The notes beneath the pieces are model-generated. The model saw nothing but the letters and a program-made list of their open reading frames with translations, did not search any database and was not told where the DNA came from. The translations under genes and the position numbers were made by a program. A stretch of DNA of 52,027 nucleotides, counting the filler, from Bipalium vagum (Eukaryota): the NCBI GenBank assembly GCA_037834085.1. It is 3 parts of 3 records of this genome, joined end to end, with 100 filler letters (N's around TTAATTAATTAA, not from the genome) between each part and the next. Parts side by side here need not be neighbours in the genome. Positions count along the whole stretch, not along the records: positions 34,618 to 52,027 come from JBBMKC010066621.1; 2 more parts are not named here. One strand, given 5' to 3'. Shown here in pieces: positions 37,369-49,300 of the stretch (positions are counted from its first letter, which is position 1; each line of letters opens with the position of its first letter).

Positions 37369-40300
37369 AAGTCAATGAATGCATCCAAAATAACGGAGGA
37401 TGTAATCATATTTGCAGAAATGTTGAGGGATCCTTTTTCTGTGACTGCCATCCTGGATGGCAGCTGGGAAGTGACAATCGATCATGTTATAGTAAAAACA
37501 TGTTGCAAGTTGACATTGAATATATTTACTATTTAGAAGTAGATATGGAAGTTGGAGATCCTTGCAAATATGGCAATGGTGGATGCACCCAATTGTGCAA
37601 GTCAACCGTAGACAAACAACCCATATGTTCTTGCTTAGATGGTTTCAGCTTAGAGCCAGATAAGTTGACTTGCAGCGGTAAAATTAACCTTTCTGAGCTA
37701 TTTGGTCTTACATTGTCTTCAGATGAAAATGAATGCATTACTGGAAGACATAGGTGCATCTCTCCAGCAACTTGTGCTAATGATATCGGCACTTACAGCT
37801 GTGTCTGTCCGATAGGGTTTCATTTGAAAAAGGATAAAATGTCTTGTGAAGGTAATGAGAATGACAAGATGAAATTGGAATTACGGGATTGTTTAAGATG
37901 TGGATGAATGTCTGAATTATGCTGGAGGTTGCAGCTATAGATGTATGAACACTGAAGGTTCTTACAAATGCATTTGCTTACCAGATGAAATTCTGGGGCC
38001 AGATAAAAGAACTTGCATAAGTATCAGTAAATTTATTATGTAATATAAATGTGAAACACGTATTACACAAAACTCACAATGAGCTTCAGTACAGTGTTCT
38101 ATTTAGTTCTCTATGGACCTCTTTTTCTATTGAACGGAAAGCTATCTTCAATCAATCAACCAACAGAAAGGCATTCTTTACATAACTTTACTGATAGAAT
38201 TTCATGGTCAAATGATTTTCAGAACATTAATCTATATATTCATCATTGTTTTTCTGTAAAACCTTAACTCTTGTATAATCAATGTGAACTTTGGCAAGCC
38301 ATACCAGATGAAATTCATTTAATCATTCTCCTTGCTAATCTGAATTCATAAGCAAAACTATTCTTCAAGAGCCTTAACTCATTTAAATGAATGATATACA
38401 TAAACTGAAAAAGAAAAAAATAACAATGTTTCAATGATATGTGACATTAACTATTGTTTTTTAATCCAGAGCCGACTGCTAATGAAGTCAAGCCTATGAA
38501 AGGTACTATAATTATTTTGTTTTATTGAACTAAATTTATGAAGGTTTTGAATTTTATTTGTAAATGAAAATTATTTTTACTACACCTGTCCTTTGTAATC
38601 CTTTCTCAAACCAGTAAATATTAATAAATGTGGTTTGGATAAATAGAATGAAATAGGTCCAGATTTTTTGGACATTCTTTCATGCGCTGTCAAAAATCGT
38701 GGGACAAATCTGTTACATAATTTTCTGATTCCAATACTCTCTAGGCATGTCCTTGCTTAAATTAAGTTTAGTTGAAAGCTCTCTCTGGATAATTCGCCTT
38801 TCTTCTTTAACGATTATCTTCAATTTTTCTATTTTTGTTCCCCAATTTCTGTAGGTCGTCTACTTTTTTCTTCGTCAAACACATTGTTCATTCCACAGGA
38901 AAACTCTCTGATTCAATTGTATACAATCCGCTTGCATGGTGTTTCATTTCCACATGCTTCCTCCAGTTGAGAAATAATTTTCTTTTTTCTCTTCTTCAAC
39001 AGCAAAAACCGTATGACTCTTCAAAATTCCACTTGATGATACATTTTTTTAAAAAAGTCGTACCTAATGTCAACAAAAGCTTACCACTTAAAACAAATAC
39101 ATAATAATAATTACCTATATATATTAATTAATTTATTTCTAAAATTTCATGAAATTCCTAATTATATTTCCATACATGTCAAAGGACTTGTTATTCACAC
39201 CACGTATTATTGAATAACACAAGCCTACAAAAATTTTTTTAATAAACCATAATGATTGTTTGACTAAATTAATTATTATTTCACATCATTATCGGTCTTT
39301 CCGGTTCATGATCTTGACGAATAAGTTTTATTATTTTTTTTAAATGTAACATTTTAATAATAATCGTTATGTTTTAAACTTTGAGTTTGATACTTATCCA
39401 ATTATTGATTATCAGTTTTCTTTTCGTTAATATTTATTAATAATAAATATTATATAAATATTAATAAATATTATTTTTATAGTAATAGAAAAATATTTCA
39501 TTTTCCATTTAAAATTATAATTCTTAAGGAGGTGCGGTTGTTTAAATGATTTTATTTTTATTTTAAATTTTCCGTTATGTTATGAGGATCTTTAAGTCTT
39601 CAGAAAAATACTGTGCATAGGAATTTGGATATTATTGTTTAAATTGAGTTATTTTAATTTTAGTTTTAAGCATAGGTTGTCGCTACAGACAATATTTTGA
39701 GCCTGTACAAAGTGTATATCATAAAATGGCTCTTCTGAAAGACACATGTCATGCCTATCAGGTAGATATTTTGGAATTATTTGTCCTTGAAGCTCGATAC
39801 TCCAGTTTACACTGAACAATAGAAAAACTCCACAATCTTAAGAAATTTATAGGGTGAAATGAGTTTTACTGTCTTTTTCAGTTTTTATTCATAATGTTAT
39901 TGTATTGAATATTCTTTTCCTATTTTCAATTATTTGTATTTTAAATAGTAAAAAATTCTTATTTCTTTACGAAATAATAAAAAATGACCTTAACATTTTC
40001 ATTAAATATTGGTCTTGTTGAATAAGCAAGGAGAACATTTAATGATCACCTTTGCTAACTTCCATTAATTCACCATTACAAAAGCTCAGGCTACTGAGAT
40101 CATCTTGCAAATTGTTGGGTCTCATTAATCAGTTCACATATTCCATAATTTCCAAAAAATCTTTTATTAATATATTTTTCCTTTAAATACGCATTGAATG
40201 TTTTTATTTTTTCTTTGACTCAAAATTTGTGAATACGAATTGATTAATTAAATTCATGTGGGGCAGTGATTCTCAATCTTTTAAATTTTTCACTTTTAAA

Positions 40301-43300
40301 AATTTAAAAATTGGTACATTAACCTTGAGATAAATCTAATAGACTTCTTCCTGCCTGAACTTTATTCGAGAAAATAGTTTGTGAAAATGATTTCCCATCC
40401 GAGATTTTTCAGACGAACTAAATTGTTTTCCTAAAACGTTTACCTGGTTGAATTTTATTGATAATGATTTTTGAAAGTAACCTTTGGTGCCAAAGGCGGT
40501 CATTTTAATGACATCATATTTAAAATATAAATTTTTGTAATATCTGTGTTTAAATAAAAGTATAAAAAAATTATTTGGCTTTTTAATTTTTATGTATGGA
40601 AAAATAGCGACTTAAAGTAGTAAAGCTTCTTTTGGAAGACCCTGTATTTTCGACGAAAAAACAATTTTTTGTATGAAATATTTTTACTTCCTTCGGGGGT
40701 TTGCTCATTAGCCTGGAACTTCATTCTTACCTTGTTATTTTTTATATATTTTTTTACAAATCTACAGAGTATTTTAATTCATTCTTAACGATTGAAAATA
40801 CTTTGATTTTAATGTTTCTGTAAATACTTGTCATAAAATAAATATTAAAAGTTGCTTAAGAAGTCTAAAACTAATGCACCTTAATAAGTTTTATTATTAT
40901 TATATTATTTTTTGAAATGACTGCATTTTCATAATTTATTTTGATACAAAAAAGAATAATTGTATACAAATATCTTATAAAATAAGTAAAATAATAAATA
41001 ATAATATATTTGTTTAATGTTAAATATCTTTTTCTATCTGATGAGAAATAAACAAGATCTGTGTGAAGTTCTCAGAAGAAATGTAAACAGAAATTGGTAA
41101 TATCGAACTCTGCAAATCGTAAAGTAAACAAACTCTGTGGTGACAGAATTTAATGAATATTACAAGACCATCAATGGTTCTTATCATTTCACTGGTTTTA
41201 CTGACCAAAGTATTTACTCTTAGTAATATGTTAAACATTTAATTTAATTGAGCTTAATTATATTAATTAACGAAATATAAAAAGTACAAAAAGTATTTTT
41301 ATTTGGTAAGTTTTCTCGATATTTCTCATTTTGAAATAAACCTATTCCTATTGACGTTGATTGATCATATCTTTCTTCACTTTTCTATTCTAATTTCTTT
41401 ATTCTTGTCTTTTCAATGATTGTATCTTGCAGATCCATTTCAGTGTCCTAAAGGAACCTTTGGAGATCATTGTGCTTACAAATGTCATGATTGTCTGAAT
41501 GGAGGGTATTGTAATAAAAATCAATCTGGATGTCTGTGTCCACAGAGATATTCAGGGGCTGTTTGTGAAATTGACTGTGTGAAGGTTAGCTACTTTTCAT
41601 GAAATATATGATCGATCTATTAACATATTATAAAAATTTGAATGATTACCCTATTAATTAGATATTATTCAAACAAATTGATTTATATTTCAATTCACAA
41701 TTATATTTCGATATCTCACTAAATCTATTTTAAATAAATCCGCATTATTTATTTATATATATAAATGTAGCGAATTCCAAATTCATTATCTTCATTTAAT
41801 TGATTTTTAATTTTTGATGTTGTATTGTCTGATTATTTTTTTCGTGTAGAAAAAAATTTAATAAAAAAACAAGATTTTTTTGAAGAAAATAGTAGCATTT
41901 ATTTATATTTGTTATTTTTTAGAATCTTTTGATGGTGGAATTATCCATAAATGATTTCCATAAAATATTATATAATTATATTGCATAATAATTTTGTCAG
42001 AAATTTCATATGCGCGTTCAGTATTTGGTCATCAAAAACTGACTGTCTCCTCTGTTTAAACAGTGTAATTCACTTTTATATTGTTCTATGTGAAGGAGAG
42101 TTCTCATCACATGGCTTTTTCAATTGGGAAAATTTTTTCATTGGGAGCAAGGCGTAATACCAGGATATTTATAACTCTGCGATATTCCACTGTATCAATC
42201 ATGACTTGCACTAAATTACAAAATCCAGCGAATGTCAATATAAATTGTAATGGTAATTTAAAACAAACCACACAAATTAAACCTATAACAATATAGCTAT
42301 ATAAACCTATATAATAGTTACAATAGAAATTTTATTTCATGACAAAATTATATTTCCTTCGCACATATTGCACGTACTTATTGGGCGCACCATGTAAAAC
42401 ATATTATTGCAAACGAAACTTAAGTCACTATTTCAAATAATGATTAAAGATAAATACTCTTACATTGTGGAAAGGGATATTAAATTGGTGTGCAAATAAT
42501 TTTAATTTAATAAAAAAACTAATTGACAATAAAATGTATTGTTATAATTATATAATTATATAATATTATTAGAAGAATTATTGTTAATATTTCTACTCAT
42601 AAAAGACATACAGTTAAACCTTGTTATAAGAGACTCATTATAATGGATACCTCTTTATAAGGGATAAATTTAGATGAAATGTAACTGTAATAAATTTGAG
42701 TATGAAAACTAAGTTATTCCCTGGCTTTAAGGAACCAACGTTATATGGGGAAAATTTTTATCTTACCTGTTTCTATCTTTCTATAATTTGATATTTTAAG
42801 TAAACTTATTTTTCATAATAATGATATTTCATAAAGGTTATATAGATATTGTTTCATTTATGTTAATTTTAAAAATGAGTAAACAAATCTCAAGAGAAAA
42901 GGGAAAATTGTAAGAGATCAGAAGAATTGTAATTTTCAAGAAACAGCTATATATTTTTCAAAAATCTTTAAGAGAACAATCAATAATAAGGTCCTAAAAA
43001 TATCATAAATTTAATTGATGACAGATACAAATCAAAACGATTAATTTAAAAGATCCCGAAACCTAAAATATGAAGAAATAGAAAAGTCTCTGAAAATATT
43101 ATTTCAGTCAGTTGACAAAAAATATATAAATGTAAGAGAAGATATTATCAAAGTACAGACTTCTAAGTTTGAAACAGAGTTAGATATTGAAACTTTTAAA
43201 GAATCAATCGGCTGGCTTGTTAAATTAAAAAAAAGATAAATCTTAATTCAAGAGTCATTTCCTAAGAAAGTGGAAATTTAAATCTGATTGAGTATGTAAT

Positions 43301-46300
43301 CTTTTCCTGTTTTTGTAAAGGATAAATTTTGGTTTTCCCGAACTGTTCCTTATAACGAGAGTTGATTATATCGGTTTATAGAATTTTCGATCTATTAAAT
43401 ATTTTTGTCAATCAATTAAATAATTAATAAAATATTTTTAATTAGAAAACAACAAATAACAATTTGTATTCATTAATGTATTTAATTTAAACATTTAATA
43501 AAATAGGAAAACATTTTCTTAAAAAAGACCCACAAAGGGCTTCAGTGTATGACCTGAATTATCATCTGGTTTTTTAGGTAAAAAAAAAATAATGTCAAAT
43601 TAACGAACGTCATGAAAGGTTGTAATATAAAAATAAAAAAGAAATATTCAAACAATTCATTTATTTATAATTTCAATTTTACAAGTAATAAAATGTAGAT
43701 TTATTAATGAAGATTTAATATTTTTTTTAAAACTTAATTAAAAAGTCTCGTTATAAATTGATAATATAATTATTATTTATGGATACGAATAAACTTTACT
43801 AAATTGTTTTTTCTGTAATTTAGAATCCAAGTTCCTTAGACTGTCAAAATTCGTTATGCACTTGTCTCAACGGTGGTGTCTGTAACTCCGAAAATATGAG
43901 ATGTATTTGTCCACCAGGAACCTCAGGTGAAAACTGTGAAATCGGCTGTGAACAGGGAATATTTGGTGAAAACTGTAAAAAGAAGTGCCCAACTATTTGC
44001 ACTTCAAATCGCTGTCATCGAATAACGGGAAAATGTTTGTGTTACTCAGGATGGTATGGTACACAATGTCATTTACCATGTCCTCCAGGAACATGGGGTA
44101 TAGGGTGCTCAAAGATATGCTCCTGCTTTGAAACGAATAACGATGGTTGTGATCCACAAGTTTATCTTAATCGAGTATATAGACAAATATAACTTTTTTT
44201 AGACTGGACATTGTTTATGTAAAACAGGTTTCCATGGTAAAGCCTGTCTTTTGAAATGCTATCCTGGCACATTTGGTAAAAATTGTCTGCAAAGATGTCC
44301 TCCTCAATGTAAAGAATCTTGTGATTCAGAAACTGGTCAATGTCCGGACCAAACCTGCAATTCAAATAGTTCCACGGCCTGTCAACTAGGTTTTAATATT
44401 CTTATAATAGGAATTAATGTTTTTTAATGAAACCAAGTATTTCTTGATAAATATTACCAAAATCATCCAGCGAATATAGAATTTTCAAATAATTTCTCCT
44501 TCACAATTAAAGACTAAAAAAGAAAATGACAAAGAAGATCACGTCAGAGAAAATGTGAAAATATAAAAATGTAAAATATATATAAATAATAAAAGTGTAC
44601 TTCATAGATTAGGCTAGATTTTTAGTAAAAATAAAGTTAAAATTATATATATTTCAGGTTTATGTTCTTCAAAAATCTCTTTATTACAAAGATGTAATAT
44701 TTTATTTACTGACAAATTCTCATTAGAGAATAATCAGAACTCAAATCCGAATTTATTTTAAAAGTTAAAATTAAACATTTTATTATTAATAATTAATTTT
44801 TAATATTATTTCGAACATTTCATTTGATATTTTGGAAAAAATTTGAAAATCTTTTAAAGCACAAGTAAATCTTCTGAAAAATGTGCACCATCGATTGGTC
44901 AGTTTCATGATGTCATCAGGAAAGAATTCTGTGGGTTGTTGACTGAAATATTATTCTTCGCGATCCTCGATATTTTCTAAAGACTGAAATTCTTTGTCAT
45001 GTTAAACCATTCTGTTAGGATTGTAATTTGAAGTAAAATGTTAAATTTATCCTTGGTTTAATACCATTTGAAATGTTACCATTACACTTATAATCAATAT
45101 CTTACCTTAACTTATCTTCTTTCTTTCGAAAAACAATAATTGATTTTGTTAGCATAGTCTTGAAACTTTGATGAGCAAAATCATTTCAGATTGTCCACAA
45201 GGAAGCGGAGACTGCAAAAAAGTCTGTGACTGTTCAGATAATACTGTGCATTGTGATGAAAAGGATGGAATATGTCATTGTGCTGCCGGATATAGCGGGA
45301 AAAGGTGCAGCGAAAGTCAGACATTGATTTATGTTATATGTTAAATAATTTTCAATTAAAATTCAAAAAGGTGTTTTGTGACAAATCAAATCATTTTCGA
45401 ACATTGTTTTAAAACATAATTTGAATTTAAAAAATAATCTTGGTATTTCATATCATGACCGGAAATTTTGTTTATATTGAACTGTTTTATCGGTTTTACA
45501 TTTTATGTAAGCTTTAAAGTTTTAAGCTTAAATTTTCAAATTAAAAATATCGTTTTGTTTTAATAATCGAAATTAAAAAGTAAAATCAAAATTTAAAATT
45601 AAAATTATCATTATTGTCATTTCAATGTCAGTTTTTCAAATAACAAATGTCAATCACTTTTTGTATAGAAAATATACATTCCAAAGTGGCCTTGATTAAT
45701 TAGTAAAAGTGCATGGTATATATTATTAATAGTACAAAGTTATGTGGCATTTCCACATGGAGTTCAATTAATATATTGGCACTAGTCTTAAAAAGATGAA
45801 CTATCAGAAAAAAATGAATAATAAAATCACTACTGGCAAAATGTTCAATTATCATTACTTGTTTGCTTTCCGTCAACCCCTTAAAATTACACAATAATCC
45901 CTTTTACATCATTTATTATAATTATTATCTTAAAAGTTTCAATATGAAAATCTGGGATCTGTCAAAAACTGAATTGGAAGCCTTAAGATTTTTAAAAAAC
46001 AAAAATAACGACATAAAAGAAAAAAATTAAAAATAACAATGATCTGGAAAGATGTCTGTGACAGGATATTTTGGAAATGTGATATCCTCAATTGTAAGCA
46101 TCCAAAAACTGGTGTCATCGAGAACGGAATTTGGGGCGAAATTGCGTTGTAGATTGGACTAATTATTAATAGAAAAACCAATGTTTTTCACGAATTTTAC
46201 CACCAGATGAAAAGGAGAAGGCCATCGAGGAACAGCGCGTCATCATCCTGAAAGGTATTTTTCAGCAATCATATGAGAAATCATACTTCTCAATATGTTG

Positions 46301-49300
46301 ACATCTTCGACATATAATCATTATTATGAGACTGTTTCTCCAATTATTATATAGTCTTAAAGAGTTGACGGATAACAAACAAGTGCCAAATTATTTCCTC
46401 ATTAGTCTAAAACATCTTTTATTCGACCTTTCTGGAATTATAAACTTATTCCTAACTGAGGTCGATGGAAGGTTTTATTTAAGTATTAAAAATGGAAATA
46501 GACAAATTTTTTTTGGTGGATATTGCATCAAATTTCTGCTTATAATTTTTGGTGATCGGAGACAAAAATGATCCAATTTTTAAGTGAATTATTACAGAAG
46601 ATAAAAATTATCAAATAAAATGTGGGAGTCCTGTAACAGGTCTTGAAGGAGAATTACAACAAAAGGTATTAATGTTTGTGGAATAAGCCGGGAATAGTTT
46701 ATCATGTTCCCTTCTATCTTGATAGCCAAACTATAGCTTCTGAACATTGTAGTACACATTTAGTCTCAAAACAGCTCTAAAAGGAAAACGTGAAGATTTG
46801 ACCAAGCTGATCTTTCACCAAGACAATAAAAGACCAAAAAAATTGCTCCAGAATCTTTATAAATTGAAATAATTTTATGGGATCTTCTTGCACATCCTCT
46901 ATATCTTCCAGGTATGATACCTTCCGGTAATAATTTTTTCTTTCCCTGCCGAACTTATTTATTATAAACTTGTTCGAGTCTTTTGAAACTTATAAGGCTA
47001 GTGTACCTAAGTTTTCGTTATCAAATCGCAAAAATTCTAATGATAGACTTACGAAGTAGTCTGAACAAAAAAGTTAACTACTTTTGATAACTCGTCAAAA
47101 TCTGTACCGACAAAATATATTGTACAGGAATGTAAAATAAAAAATGATATATACTTTTAATTAATTGGGAAAAATGCCGAGGAAGAATTATGTAAAAAAG
47201 AAAATTATATTTTTCCTTTACCGATCCTTAGGTTTTATCAAGTTTCATTAACAGCTATGAGGATTGTTGTCGTAAATCTGCAAATGTTTTTAGTGTTACA
47301 GTGTAAATTAATGCTTTTTTTAATTTAAATTAACGAATAATACCACTGTATTTATTTCCATTTATATCCAACTCGAGGCTAATTATGTGTGCTCACTTTC
47401 CACTTTGATCTTTTATTATTATTGTTTGACGAATACTGGTCTCAAGTTGTTTCTTATTTTTATTGATACTTGTAAATTTTCGTTCATTTGCGTAAAACTG
47501 GAAAATGTTAACAATTATTAATTTAACTTAAAAAATCATTAATTTACGGTGTAAACCCTGTACTGCTTTATTGTAATCTTCAGCTTATAAAAATGAATTT
47601 AAAAAAATGATCTGGTAGTGTTTATGTATTTTTCATAATTTAACTGGTAATGAAATAATACTTTCAGAATGTCCTGTTGGTTTTTATGGCGAAAAATGTT
47701 CATCTACATGTCAGTGTAAAAAGAAAAATCAATGCCATCATGTTACTGGGATTTGTTCTTGTTCCGAAACCACAAGTGAATGTGAAGGTTATTATATTAT
47801 CATTTTATATTAGAATTTTTAATTATAATTAGGGCAATTTTTTTTAACCTAAAAAAATATTTTTAACTTTATTATTAAAAATTTTAACTTTTAGCGTACC
47901 CCAATGCCTATTAAGGCAAAATATTTTTTAACTTAAAGAATTTTTTAAAACTTTATTATTTGAATTTTTAGCTTCATTTTAACCTTAAAGTACACAACAA
48001 AAGTTGTTTATTGTATTAAAATAGTCCGTTATAAGCGACAATCGCATAATGGCGTACATTATGGGAATCAAAATTCCTATCTTTGCAAACGATATGTTTA
48101 ACAATAGAAAAGCTTCTCTCCACAGAGCATGATGTTGGCTGACATGATTGAATCAGAGCAAAAGTTGCAGGTGGTATGTCCTCTCTATTGCTGTTGATAA
48201 TTTCACTAAGATCGTTGTTTGATAAGCGCTTTTCAATGTATGCTCTTATATTACATGGATCATCCTGGAAAAAGACTTTGGCTAGATCTTCTGCAGCTTC
48301 ACAAATTGTATATTGAGTGCTCTCAGCTTTTACTATTAGTTTGCTCAAACTCTGTTATTTTGTTAGCTGAAAAAGTTCTCCAGCCAAACTGCTGTTTGAT
48401 ACAAATTGATTTGCGCGAGAAATAAGTACCCCATTGCCTTCAAAACTTTCCACAATATGCCGAACAGTAGGAAAATATTGAGCATACCAGATACCTGAGT
48501 TTAGCCATGTACCCAACGTGTCAATACTGGCTGTGGCGGCTGACCTGTAGCAGTAAACTGCAAACGGTGACCTTTATTCTTAACAGTTACCATTTTGGTG
48601 GGAAAGTGTCCACGAAGGCGCATTGCGCAGTTATGCAGAAGGTGACAGGCACATGATACATGAAACAGTTGGTTATACATGTTCTTTAATATAGATCCGG
48701 CAAGAATCATATATTTTGCTGCATCAGTTATTAAAAGAACAAAGTTCTGCCTGTGTGTGCCAAGAAACCGAATTGCATCGTCGGTTATTAACTTTGTTAT
48801 TAAAAATGTTAACAATATTTTAACTTTAGAGCCTAAACATTTTATTTTTAACATAACTATAAATTGTACCCGTATTTTAACCTTATAAATCACGATATAG
48901 GGACCTTCGGTGACAGAAAATGGTAATAATGTGCTTATTTTTATTGATTTCTTCTACTTTATCTATTAATTGGAGAAACTTGTGTCATTAACTGTTCATT
49001 GGAAATTCTTAATGATGTCTGTTGTTTTGGATTCTAAAGGCATAATTTCGATCGATTTCACTGAACATGGAGTGAGAACATATAGTTCATATTGGTCAAA
49101 TCTCTTACAAAGTAAAAAGAAACTACAAGAGTAGATTGTTCAAACTTTATTATCTGCATGACAAACACGCCAATGCACACTAGTGTTGTTTCCATATTCA
49201 ATATCGTGGATTGCGGAATGGAAATATTAGACACCTTACATACAGTCCAGACTTCGCTCCTTGTGAATTTTATTTGTTCAATCTCTTTAAATATTTAAGA

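Noticed and set aside
41076-41209. Alternative internal exon readings ([21 protein letters not shown]; [21 protein letters not shown])
   Set aside because: Weak acceptors, no EGF pattern, and not needed for frame continuity; the signal-peptide reading is more coherent. RNA data could overturn this.
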